Shown one piece after another: positions 12,840 to 25,934 of a stretch of DNA of 64,000 bases; positions within the stretch are counted from its first letter, which is position 1, and each line of letters begins with the position of its first letter. A model generated the notes under the pieces. That model was given only the letters and a program-made list of their open reading frames with translations. It was not told the origin of the DNA and ran no database searches. The stretch lies in assembly GCA_030704615.1 (NCBI GenBank), contig CM060733.1:37944001-38008000 (forward strand), given 5' to 3'. Origin of the DNA: Takakia lepidozioides. Its lineage: Eukaryota; Plantae; Bryophyta. The position numbers and the translations under genes are program-made.

Positions 12840-13989
12840 TAGGGTAGGGCGCATGTATGCATATATGGCTCCCAAGCGCAAGTGGCTTCAAGTGCTTGAG
12901 CCACCTTCTCCTCCCCTGCAGCATAGCAACGCTGTCAAAGTCATCTATGAGTGGGCTTTAATGCAGCAGCATTGCAGCCCCCGTCAACTTTCCGAGATTT
13001 TGGGTTGTCTTTCTGTAGATTACTTGGTGTCGTTGCCTCTGCCTCTTCGTGCGCATCGCATTCCCAAATCGCCTCAACCTCATAACTTCCGTTTTTTTAT
13101 TTCGTAGACATGTTGCTCTTATCTTAGGGTGGAAGGAGAGGAGGGAAGAGGGTGACAATGACGGTTTCTCTGACTCGGTGAATTTTGTGTTGAGAGAAGA
13201 AGTATGGCCGGATGTCGAGTCTCAAGCAGTTGAGAGATTTTGCAAGAACGAAGCGCCCTCGTCAAGTCAGCGTCTCATCCCCTCCGTGTCGGGCACCTGT
13301 GCGTTAGAAACGGAATCCCCTTTGTAGTAATGTTGGGATGTCGTCTGGCAATTCGGTGTCTGCCCGTTCTCCCTTGCGTGAGATCTCGGTGGATGCAGGG
13401 GTGCTGAATTTCTTGCACGTTCTAGTCATGTACATCTTTTTCAAGAGGTAAAGAAACAACGACGCAATGGCGTGAGCGTTGCACGTGAGCGCGCGAGCGT
13501 ACACTCACGCAGGAGTGACGTGGCGTGAGCGTACGCTCACGCCAGCTGACGTGGCGTGAGCCTGCACACACGCTGACGTGGCGTGAGCGTCATGTCAGCA
13601 TGCTGATGTGGCGGTAAATGATGACGTGGCACTGTCCGTCAACTGCCACGTCAGCATTAACATGCGCCGCCTATAACGTGGATGGTCCTATTACCGTGGA
13701 ATTAATGCAGGGAATCTTGCCTAAATAGAATCAAGACGAGCGTTGAGGCCTACAATTGCAGCATCCAACATTGTGCAATTACAAATGCTTGTTTCACTTT
13801 TACAATTACGAAGACGACAAAATATCCTCACAAAGTGTGCGCCATAAAGGCTGCCACGAGAAGACTTCCTCCCTCCTCAAATAACAATGAGAGTTATGAT
13901 ATCTTCAAAGAGATGGTGTGCAAGCCGACAAGCAAGACATGTAGAGCGAACGGTGCAATGACAAATGTGCACTACCTAAAGTTGTCACT

Positions 13990-16900
13990 CAGACCTCACT
14001 CCGTATAAGTTGGAGGCCATATCATTGCACAGCCGACGAATTGATGTGAATTACACATTTCAAATCATGGTCATCCACATACCACATTACAAGTTCATGC
14101 TACCCATGTGTTGTATCCCGCTGCAAAAGGAGTATCGACCTCGTGAAACTCAGTGGCTGGTGAATGAAGTTTCACGTTTGGGATCGCAAACCAGCCTCCT
14201 CAAAAATATGAAATACAAAGTTTGCAGGGTATGAATTTACCTCTCTTGCCCAAACTGTGTTGATAGCATTCACAAAATCAGGACATGTGCAATTGGGGAA
14301 ATTGGAAACCGTGATGTCGTAGGTCCTGTCATGAACAGAGATGTGGAAGTGATGATTGTGAATACCCGACCATATCCTGGATCGGGTACTTCGTGGTGCT
14401 TCCGACACGAGCTTGGAGCATTCTTGCGGACTCCACTTTGCCAAAGGTTCAGCGGTTGGAGGGAAACGCCGAACGAGCTTTCCATCTCGTTTGGTTGGCC
14501 ACAAGTCAGGATTTGCCGGGGGGGACCCGGGAGGACGCAGGAGTAGTAGCACATGCATGGAGTTGGGGTTGTCTCGCAAGGGAAAAACCTGCCTCCTCCA
14601 GCATTTCAATCTCCTGAAAGCTGAGATGTGTTCCCACCTTCACGGGCCAAACGGTTGGAGGAGATGGCTTCATCACTACAGAAGGACGCACAGTTCCATG
14701 CACACATCTGGCACAATCATCTGCGCAGAACCAGAACTTGTGGTTCTTGGCTTCTGGTTGACCGTATGGACGCATCAAGCCGTGAAAGTCGGAGCAGGGT
14801 TCGGGCACCACCTCTGGATATAGATGAAGTGCACTTCTCGAAATTAGTTGCCTGATTGCTGTACATTTCACACGAGACCCGACACTTGTGCGTTCTATGT
14901 GCCAAACGTGGTCAGGGCATGCGGACTCAAGACATCAAGGGGGTTGTTTCTCTCCTGCACATTTCAGTGCCAACGGTTTGATGCTGGAGCTTGCCGTCGT
15001 TTGGAGGTTCCTCCACAATGGAGGTTCCGGACATGGAGTGTCATGCAGGGGAACACGAGGCTTCGAGAAGTTATCACGGTCTGCCCTGTGGGAATCTGAA
15101 TCCGAACCAGGTGGAGTGTTCAATTTCCTCTTACATGAGCCGAATCTCTCCTCCCCTTCAGATGTGGAACTCTAGAAACAAGTGGCGTTCCCTGGGCATA
15201 CATGCTCACCGCCGTGCTATCTTGATTGGATCCCCAGATCTGTTTGCAGCATGCAACATCAACTCCGATTTGTCGGACCCTGCCACCAACCCCACCTCGT
15301 AAGAAATCACGTTATCGGGTTTGTTGTTGCAAGGCACGTATCAAATCATGTTGTTGCCACATACAAATCCCGACCTCGTTCCCAGACTGCTGCAACCATG
15401 CATTGTGCACAGTTTCTGCCAAATTGCAAGATGGCATGTCGCCATTTCCTCAAGGACATGTTCTGCAAAGAGGATAACCACACTTCAGAATAGTGCACAG
15501 GAAACAACTAAAGAAAAGCAATGAGTCAAAAATATGGAAAGCAAATGTATGAATAAAGCATGAAATAGAAGCCTCGTACCATTGTCATGGCTGCTCCCCA
15601 CTATCTATACCGGAAGTGCCAAAACGCCAGCCAATCTTCCAATGCTCTCATACTCTCAAGTGATGCAGCTCCAGAAGAGAACCACCAGGCACGAATTGTC
15701 TGGAACAAAGTGTCCGCCTCCTTCATTGTTCTAGCATCTTTGTACTCTTTGCACAATTTACGGTGCTGAGTCTGCATCTCTGGTTGATATCCGACTTTGT
15801 ATGTTTTTCCAGAGATTGTGTCGAATGGAATAGACATGTACGCTCTCTTCCTGGCATAGACACTTTTGGGTCGCCCGCCGATCGAAGACAATACGAATAG
15901 CATTGAAATTTGCTTGAGCACTATGCCATGAAACCTGCGAAATTTGGAGATGGCAGCCCATGGCAGCCCATGACACGTATCAGGGAATTCCACATGAGCT
16001 TCTGGGATTCCGTATCCTCGGATTGCATGTCACAAACTGCATTGTCATAACTCGTTGGTACACTGGATCGTAGACATGACAAGCCATTGTCGTCCAATCC
16101 TTCACTCGTTTCACATGATCAACATAAGAAAACAGTTCTGCAAGTCCCCAGTCTTCTGCATCCGCTTCACGAGGCTAACCCCACTGCCCTCCCCAACAGT
16201 CGACATTTTGAAAGAAAAACTTTGATGGCACCTTGACCTGGGAATACATTGTCCTGGATGTAATCGTACTTGCTCAGTCGTTTCATTCCAAAATATTGTC
16301 TATGTAGCCTCTGATCCCAGAGCCCATTCTCAATGCATTGATCTGATGCCGAATGTTAGGTGAACTTAAAGTGGAGAAATGATCCATGACCAGGTCCAAT
16401 GCTGCTGCACCGTCAAGTTTAGTCCCCACAGAATCTCCTTCACTCAAAATATGGCTTTCCAAGAAGGACTTGCTTGCGCCAAGAGCAATTGCAGATGTTG
16501 TTGCGGATGGGTTTCTCCCGAACTCCTGTTTGATCAACCTCGATACTGTCTCAACACTCTCCCTGTAATCCCCCTCGAGACAGGATGGTTATGGAATCCA
16601 AAATGCACACAAGCTCTCGTCATTGTATTCAAACGGTGGACAACATAGTACATTCTTGCTCCGCAGAGCGCCAAGCAGGATGGCACAAGTTTGCAGAATT
16701 GCAGACGAAAGTGTTTGCGGTGGAGGGGCAGTCCCATGCTGAAATGGATTCTCCGCCAGACCCTCCCATTCGCTTTGATTATGAACTCCAGACTGAAGAA
16801 AGTGTCTGCAATTCAAATTATCACACCTAAGGTGTCCATTGCAAACTGTCCTCCTGAAAACAAGCTTGTCATCATTCTGAATATTGGATGTTTTGTTCTG

Positions 16901-17577
16901 CACCACGGGTGCCCGTCGTGTTTCTTGTCCATTCCATGCATCATGATTGTTACACCTCCAACTCGCGGAGGAGGAGGCAGCTCGAATAGGATATCGCCAT
17001 CAAAAGTCTCCGGCAAGAACTTCACAGGCACCTGCTTCAAAGATTCCCAATCAATTCCCCGCAACTCACTTTTGAATCCAGCCATTCCTCCCATCGCCCG
17101 CAATTTGGAATGACACTACAAATCTTCTTCATCAGCTTCTGCAACCACAGTAGGAAGGACTGGATTTGGAATTTCACTTATGTCATCATCGGAAGAATCC
17201 GAAAGCTCAACGATTGGAGTGGAGGAAGTCTGTTTTTTTTCACCACCACCTCCCTCTTGTCTTCAACGACCGAAGCAGCAGCAGTCCCGGGCGTCACATA
17301 TGACCCAAGGGACTTTCGCCGAGGCTCTCCAAGTACTCTGTATCGACCAGGACGCACTCTCCACTGGCTGATATGAGCCGTCTCCACGGTTTTGGAAAGA
17401 ATATTTCACCAACTTCCCTTTCGTAAACCTCTTTCTCCAAAAAGATGGAGCCATTCTGCAGCTGAAACGGGTAGCCAAGACATGTTCCAGAACAGTTGCA
17501 AATCCATTGTCAAGGACTTCCTGGGAGAACGGCACGGTTTGTCGTCTGAGAAGAACTCCGCTTCAGAGGAAGCCATC
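13990..17577 (-). pseudogene. Mutator-like DDE transposase with WRKY/GCM-like zinc finger and C-terminal SWIM domain (frameshifted)
   Basis: Stitched frames give HDGHPW...CNGHLRCDNLNC...C...HFGFHNHP, then DHVKRVKDWTTMACHVYDP, FMA(D)SAQANFNAIRIVF, CLFH (CxxH at 15825-15836), NLAETVHNAW and SWIM CTCPDF...PCK(H)LYF. Probable intron at ~15463-15579. Both ends are approximate. Confidence 0.8.
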
Positions 17578-18430
17578 TTCCTTCCTCGAGTATGTTTGTA
17601 CCTTGCTATCGCAGATCTAGTGTAAATCGGTTTACTGCTGTCTCCAGAACACAGTTGAAGAATGAGCAGAGCATATGGCGGAGGAAGCTCAGATAACGAC
17701 TGTGCATATTCTGTTATTCATTCCAGATATGCAGCCGTCCATTTTAATTACTTTTTCTTGGGCCCAGTGGTCAGAGAATCCATAGGGGCAGTGTCGGCAA
17801 CTGTTAAAACCGTTAATCAGAACCTCATCAATAAACCCAATAACAAAGCCGACTTCCTGGAAGCATGCCACAGGATCCGAGAATGGGATTGCAGATTAAG
17901 TAAATGTATCTATATACTACTACCAATGATCATGCGCACCTGGAAAGTTCCAAATGTGCAACGAATGTGGGGTTTGGATAACAAGGATGACCGTGTATGA
18001 TATTCCAAAATTTGTCATCAAACTCTCGTTCATTTATATTTATTTGTTTAAGACTGCGCATCAATTTCTGGGATTCGCTGTTCTTTTAAATATTGAACCC
18101 GTTATAATTTAGAACACGCCGTTTTGTTTTGGGCGGCACACGTCAGACATCCATAACTAAATACGAACAGCTGTACACCAATTGCTGGCATGTACACTAA
18201 TAAGGAAACGACTATGTGTAACGGTCACGCGGGAGGGAATCCGATGCTTCTAGAGACACGCAAGAACACAGGCAATCCCGCAAGAAATCGGGAGTCACTG
18301 CGTTTTTCTACTTTTCGCGCTTAGAGGGAGAGTGGTAGTCAAGCTGGAGAGGGTTCCTTCTAGAATACGAAAGAGAAGAAAGTCTCTTTATTTTACTTCC
18401 CTTAGAGAGAGACGCAGAGCAAGAGAGAAA
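17578..18430. promoter_or_regulatory. Putative bidirectional promoter between the transposase and the ParB-MTase gene
   Basis: ~850-bp spacer between head-to-head genes. Position only; no promoter motif verified. Confidence 0.35.
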
Positions 18431-19690
18431 ATGACGAGGCGTCGTTTGTTGGAGAACACAGGGCCAAGGCAGCAGGTGAACGCGGAGACTGATTCACAAG
18501 AGTAGACGGAGACTGAGGCAGCGGCTGCGACACAGTCGGCGATAAGAGTGCGCCAGCCTGTGGAGGCAGAGATGAATCGCAGGGACACTGAAGAAGGTGG
18601 AAGCACGCGGAACGCCGAACCTGAAGAAGGTCAAGAAACCCTTGCGCAGACAGAAACTCCAGCAGATGTGAGAGGGAAGAGGAAAGCTGCAGAAGGGGAT
18701 CAAATTTCAAAACCTAAGAAGGTGCCAGTAAGTTTTATCATATAGTCTGTCTGATTGCCTTTCAAGGAGTCCTTCCTCTTCCATTCTTTAGCAGGAACTA
18801 CTGAATCGCGAGCGTCGTTAACGCCATTCGATTCTGCTCATGAGATTTATGTACCTGTGTTTGAAGAGAGAGTCTGCACTTACTATTCTCCCTAAACTAC
18901 ACTGAATGTCGTTGCCGCCAATCAGTTGCACATATATGTCATTACACAACACCGATCGGTAGGTTGTTATCTTTTGTGATTGTCGTTAACGCCGTTCGCT
19001 ATCGCTATCGCTTTTGTTTTGAATACGGCAGTCTCGGCTTTGCATGTGTAGATTGTGCTGAATTCTTTCACACCATTCATGGTGAGTTTCCTTGATACAG
19101 AGTGATGTCGTCGTTACCGCCATTCACTATTTGCAAATCACTTAGTCAGAACTGAATGGCATCGTGCAGAAAACTGAGGTCGAAGCCTACAGGATCAGAG
19201 GGGAAAGGATCTGGAGATGGGGACGAGTCCGCAAAAAGCTCAGAGAATACAGATGAAGCAGATGAATCCGAAGTGCACTACCTTGACAAGGTGAAAGAAC
19301 TCATGTCATTCCAGAAGGTAAACTCTCAGGAGGTTATAAGGGACATGCTCGTATCTGGAGGGCGTCTGGACATACCTCTGTGCCGGATGATATCAATGCC
19401 TGTTGTGCGTCCACCTCTTTCCCATGACATAACAAAATTGGAGAATGATTTTGTGCATGGATATAGACTTGTGCCAAGTTTTTTATGTGTCACTGACGGA
19501 TATAAAGGAAAAGCACATTAGTTTCTCCAGAGATCAGTGATAACTGGGATGAGTGCTGGAAAGATGCCAATGAGGAGTTCGAGCTGGGCCTCATGATGGG
19601 AAGAACACCCAGCAATTTTGCAACCACATGTTCTACGTCTGGGACGGCAACCACCGATTGCTGGCATGGATGGGATACATTCAGAAACAC

Positions 19691-20412
19691 TGTCGCACAC
19701 CTCGATTCGGTAAACTCCCCTTCAAGTCATAGTTACTCGCTTTGATGCGCGCGCCTGACTCCCAACCTGGCCGCCGGGCCAACTTGGAGTTTCGGCTGCT
19801 CACCGGGACATAACGGTCCCCTTCCGCTTCCCTCTAAACCCTCCACCTATTTGGGACTAGGAGAATTCCCTTTGGTAGATGGCAGTCCGGAACAGCTCCC
19901 CACTCTTTGGTCGCTTTCCGGCTCGCTCGCTTACTCACTAGTTTTTGGTCACCAACGGGCTTGCACCGTTCTCGGGGTTACTACTCCCTATATATACTTC
20001 TGTAGCTGTCCGCGGGGGTTTCATAACCAGCCATGCCATTTTATGGCGAACCACCACGAAAACCCTCGACTCCCGGTGGTGAGTCGCGGTGAGTCTTGGC
20101 CCACTCACCGCGGCCCCAATGGACCGTGATGAGTCCCAAGACTCCCCACGACTCCCACCTCGAGGTCTCCACCCCATGGTGAGTCCTATGCCACCCCACT
20201 AAGTCCCACTAAGCTACCACCACCCCTTGTGGAGCCACCTCCACCGCAACCCGGTGTGCGGGGCTCCACCTAGTGAGCGCCTCCGCCTCCTTGAGTGCCT
20301 TGGGCACTCAAGGGTGCTTCAGCCCCCCATACCTATCGCTGCCGCTGCCCCCACCACAGGGGCAGCCCTCATGTGTCCCGACCCCCTGCCCTCAAGGCAA
20401 AGGGCCGCGACA
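19691..20412 (-). repeat. 3' LTR
   Basis: TGTCGCACAC...CCGCGACA. Confidence 0.95.
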
Positions 20413-21262
20413 CACACCCCTACCAACAGGGAGTCGATGTCCTCATCGACTTGTCCATTTTGTAGAAACGAACATCCAAGTTGTGGCGTCCCACATCAAG
20501 GAGTTTGTTTCCGTACCATGGCGTCCCATGGCAAAGAACCAAACCCCACACTTGACTCCACTCTCCACTAGCTAGTTCGGCCGACTTCCTCCAAGTCCCG
20601 GCCAAGGGTGGAGCCTCTCCAGCTCCTCCCAGTGCACTCTTCTTGGCCTACTTCAAGGCCAAGGAACGATCCTCCCCGAGGATCGAATCGCCTTACTGCA
20701 ACAACATTGCTTGCGATCGCTCATGATGCCGCTTTTGGCATCACCTTGAGCAAGGGTTCACCTGGAACCCTCTTTGACTAGGAAGATAACCTTGAACCAA
20801 CCGTGCGCCCAATCACTACAATTGGGTCCGCCTTGGAATGCTGGCCTGAGGTACGGGAACACGCCGAAGCCGCACTACGACTTCGTCCCGAGGCTACACG
20901 ATTATAGTACGTGAACGGAAGCACGTAGCTTCCGCGTTAGCCCGCACTACAAGGCAACCCCCTCGGTAGCGCAGTTATAGTACGCGCACGCGCCAGGTGC
21001 GCACTAGCACTTGAACTCCCAAATAAGGCGCAAGTTTCCTTGCCCCTTGGATGGGAGTCACCCGATTTCGGCACTGCGCAAACACACGATTAACCCAATT
21101 TACCTCTCCCACTTTTGTAAGCTAGCATGCATTCTACACACCAGCCAACCACACCATGCATCACCATTCCAAACACAATAGGACGCACAATATTTGGAAC
21201 CCATTTCCTTTATCACAAATTTTTGTACAATACAAGTTTTTGCAATCGGATTCCTGAGCTAG

Positions 21263-24200
21263 CTAAACCGGGCTAAGCATGCATTTCCTCCCCCACGCTC
21301 CAAGGTTGATGTCCCCATCAACGCTTCTTCCGCTTTTGAGGTCGCCCTTCGAACGCTGCAAAACTGCCTCGGATGCGTTTCCCATTTCTGAGGCACGCAC
21401 CCAAGATGCCTCCACAAGATGATAGCCCTTCCATTTGACGAGATACTCCGTTTCTCGGTTCTTGAACCTCCTCGACTTAAGTATTGCCTCCACCTCGTAC
21501 TCGGGTTCATTTTCATGATCCAACAGCATAGGTGGCGGACGCAACACTTGCTGCCGATTCGGACGTGCTTCATCTTTGAAGTAAGGCTTCAAAAGGGAGA
21601 CATGGAATACTGGGTGCACCTTGCTGTTTGCTGGCAGCTCCAATTCATACACATCCTCATTCATAACCTCCGAATGCGAAAGGGACCCGCATACGGAGGT
21701 ACGAACTTCGGACTCATTTCCGGAGGTAGTCGAAAATTCTTGATGTTCAACCAGACCTCTGTGCCTGCCTCAAACTTCACTTCCCTCCGCTTCCGATTCG
21801 CCTGCCTTTCATACCGTTTCCTAGCTTTGGCAATGTTGTACTTTGCGAGCTTCAACAAACGCTCGCGTTCTTCCAGTACCGCCGCTACTGCCGGTTCCTC
21901 AACGTCCTGGGCGGCCCAACTTGTCGGCACCAGAGGTGCTTTTCCATAGACCAACACAAAAGGGGAAACTCCCGTCGCGGAGTGTTCTGTGTTATTATAA
22001 CAGAACTCTGCCGCGTCTAAGTGTTCCATCCAGTCTGATTGGTCTGCCGACACGTAATTCCGCAAGAATTGCTTCACTACGGAATTCACTCTTTCCGTTT
22101 GGCCGTCCGTCGTAGGTCGGAAGGCGGTGCTCATCTTCAGCCTCGTCCCCATCTTCTTCCAAAGTGCTCTCCAGAATTTACTCGTAAACTTTGGGTCGCG
22201 GTCCGAGACAATATCCTTCGGGACTCCATGATGCTTTAAGACGTGGGCGAAGTAAAGTCGCCCTGTCTCCTGCGCAGTAGCCGTCTCCTTGGTGGGGATG
22301 AAATGGGCCATTTTACTGAACCTATCTACCACCACCATGATTGCATCGAATCCTTTTGACAGCGGCATAGCAGTCATGAAATCCATCGAGACGCTTTCCC
22401 AAGTCCCCTCTGGAATCGGCAAGGGTTGTAACAGCCCCGCTTGCTTTTTATACTCGCTCCGGTTTTGTTGGCATGTGGTGCATGTCTTTACATACTCCTC
22501 TGCCTCCTCCCTCAGTTTGGGCCAGAAATACTCTTTCTTCAAGAGTGCCGCAGTGCGCTTGGCTCCACCGTGGCCCGCAAGCGGGCTATCATGGCATTCT
22601 CTCAAGAGACTATCCCTGATCCCTCCCTTTGGCACATAGAGACGTTTTTGCTTATACCGGAGCAGTCCGTTTTGCAAGTGGAACTGCGATTTAACCCCCA
22701 TTCTCAAGTTTGCATCACGCACTTTGCCAGCTCATCCTTCCGGCAAGCCTTCCGGATCTTCCTTTGGAGCGCCGTCTCGCCCTTGTACACCAACAAGAGC
22801 TGCTGCTTTCTACTTAAAGCATCGGCCACCACATTGTCCCGTCCCGGTTTGTACTGGATATCCACGTCGAACACTGCCAAAGTATCTTGCCACCTAAGTT
22901 GTTTTGGGGACAACTTGGGCTGCGTGGCAAAATACTTCACCGTGACATTGTCCGTGAACACCTTCACTGGGTTGGAACCAACATAGTGGCGCCAGAGTTC
23001 AAGGCAATGTACCACCGCCTTCATCTCTTTTTCGTGCGTCGGCCACCGTCGCTCCACTTCATTCAGTTTCTTACTTTCGTAAGCCACTGGACGTCCATCT
23101 TGCATAAGTACACCCCCAATTGCGAAGTCCGATGCATCTGTATGAATCTCAAACGGACGATCGAACTCCGGGATTTTTAAGACTGGAGCTTCCGTCATCC
23201 GCTGCTTCAATTCAGCAAAAGCTTGGCCACAAAATGTGTTCCATACCCAGACTTTGGATTTACACAGAAGGTCCGACAGCGGCCCCGCGATCTTGGCGAA
23301 ATTTCTCACATACTTCCGGTAATAGGAGGCGAGTCCTAGGAAGGATCGCACTCCCGGGACCGAAGTCGGAGGCTCCCAGTCCAAGATCGCCCTCACCTTT
23401 CTGTCATCCATTTTGATCCCATCCTGTGTAATCACGTGCCCCAAGAACTCCACTTTTGTGACCCCGAATTCGCACTTTGAAGCTTTGGCATACAGCTTCC
23501 CTTCTCGCAATTTTTGGAACACCCTTTTGAGGTGCTCCAGGTGCTCCTCCTTTGTTTTCGAGTACACCAAGATGTCGTCGATGTACACGATCACAAAGTC
23601 ATCCAACCACTCCTGGAAAAGGCTGTTCATCAGCGTGCTAAATGTCGCTGGTGCATTGGTGAGCCCAAAAGGCATCACCAAGAACTCATATGAACCATAC
23701 CTTGTCCTGCACGCGGTCTTCTCCTCATCTCCTTCCGCCACCCGAATTTGGTGATAGCCGGAGCGCAAGTCGATCCGGCTGAAATACTTCGCTCCTGCCA
23801 ACCGATCGAAGAGGTCGTCGATCCTTGGCAAAGGGTACCGGTTTTTGATAGTCACCTTATTCAGAGCCCTGTAATCGACACACATCCGCAGCGTCCCATC
23901 CTTCTTGTCTGCAAATAGCACCGGGGCTCCGTAAGGTGACTTACTCGGCCGGATGTACCCCTTTGACATTAGATCTTTGAGCTGAGTCTTCAGCTCGACC
24001 AACTCTTTGTGGCTCAACCGGTAGGGCGCCTTGGCAGGCGGTTCCGATCCCGGTATCACCTCAATTTTGTGGTCAACTCCTCTTCGCGGTGGCAAGCCGC
24101 TTGGTAAATCCTCCGGCATCACATCCTGGTATTTCTCCAAAATCCCCTTGATCCAATCTGGGCTCGGCTCCCCATCGCCTTCTCCTTTCACTTCTCTAAT

Positions 24201-25879
24201 GTAAAGCAAAAACTGGGACTCGTGTGTCTCCTCCACGGCCCACTCCTTTGCTGATAGAAGGTTTATTCGCCCTCCCACGGATTTGGGCGTTTCCGACACT
24301 CGTAAAACCTCGCCACCATTCCCACATGGCAGCGTGACTACTCTCTTGCGGCCATCTATGACCGCTCCGGATTTGCTCAAAAAGGTCATTCCCAAAATGA
24401 GATCCACTCCATCGATCTCGCAGATAGTGAAGTTCTCACGTCCCTCCCAACTCCCCAGTTGAAGAGGAACATCAAACGCCAACCTTGTCGCCAACTGAGG
24501 TTCTCCTTTGGCAGAGCGCACCTCAATAGAGGCCCCACGTCACTTGTCGGGAGTCCCAACTTTCGCGCCGCCGCCGGCGTCATGAAGGAGTGCGACGCTC
24601 CTGTGTCCACCAACAACGACACATTAGTTCCGGATATTATCCCATCCACGAACAATAACTGACTCCCTTTTCGTAAGGCGCCAGTTTCCTGATACAACTC
24701 ACAAGGAAATTTGCCTACCTTGCAAGTCCTGGCGACCACCGCTTCCACCAAGCGACTGATGGTATCTTCCGACAGCTCCGTGGTCGCCCGAGTCATGTTC
24801 AATTGCCGGGGCTTCGTGCACTTCTTGGCCATGTGCCCGGGCTCCCCGCAATTGAAACACACTCCATCAAAGGTCGCCTTCTGTCCGCCATAAGTCGCTC
24901 CACCCGCTTTTCCTTTCGAAGCACCGGGTGCCGCCTTGACGTGTGAGGGACCTCCCTTCGATTTCCACGTGCCATTTTCGCCGCGTGGCCTATCCCACTT
25001 CTTTTCCGGTCGGGAGGAGTCACCTTCCCGCCGGGTCTTCTTGTGGTTCAGCTCCGTACGGCCTTGTCTCTCACCCCTAGGGACATCCGAGAAACATTCA
25101 GCTCTCTCAATTGCCTCGTTCAAAGTCTTGGGTGGCTTCTCCTCCAACTTCCGCCTAGCCCATGGGGCCAGTCCCGCCACAAAGTTGAAGACCATTTCTG
25201 GTTCTGCCATGTCCGCGACTTCGAGCAACAGCACATTGAAAGCCTGGACATACCCCCGAATGTCATCTGTTTGCTTCAAATTCCTCATCTTGTCCCGGGC
25301 AAGCCAGGATGCGTTGAGGGGCACAAACTGTCTCTTCATCAATTCCTTGAACTCACTCCAGTTCAAGGTTTCCGGGCTTGGGCCTCGGTCGTGAAGGCGT
25401 TTCTGCCACCATTGTTGAGCATAGCCCCTCAAATAGGTGGGAGCCACTTCCACCCGATCCTCGTCACTCAACTTGGCCGCCCGGAAGTACTGCTCTAGCT
25501 CCAGGAGCCAGGTGTTGAGTGCCTTCCGGTTTCGAACGCCCTCGAAGGTGCCGGGTTCCTTAGGCTTCACCTTAAACTTTGCCTTGGTGGAAGTGGCATT
25601 AGCCGCCTTCAACACGTCTTTCAACGTCCCGCCAAACTGCGCCAACAACCCTTCCCAAAAGGCTGCCGGCATGGGAGGCATCTCTTGGTTTGTCGGAGCT
25701 CTCAAAGATTCCTCGGGCTCCGACTCCTCGGATTCCTCCCGCTCCTGAGCGGCCTCGTTTTCGGAAACATTAATCGCTTCCTCAAACGGCCGCCTCGGTG
25801 ACACGTCGCCCCCATCGGGCTCACCGGGATCATCATCTTTTGGGCCGTTCCGCTTTCGCTTCGGCTTGCCCGACCCCAT
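21263..25879 (-). CDS. Gag-Pol polyprotein (gag, zinc knuckle, protease, RT, RNase H, integrase, chromodomain), split by three 1-bp frameshifts
   Basis: [48 protein letters not shown]...CTTC, SMDF, SDRD, GPF and chromodomain [12 protein letters not shown]...YLVKWKGY. Frames change at ~24530, ~22712 and ~21668. Confidence 0.95.
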
Positions 25880-25934
25880 GATGAGGCCAATCCCAAGGAC
25901 GATCGCGTACTGAACTCTAAGCTCTGATACCAAG

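Noticed and set aside
19851-20605. ORFs within the LTRs (also 26095-26760) and antisense ORFs across gag-pol
   Set aside because: These are GC-rich shadow ORFs with no recognisable motifs.
24500-24545. Programmed gag-pol ribosomal frameshift
   Set aside because: The shift falls inside the protease, after DTGAS, and is fixed by one base in a G-run like the other two shifts.
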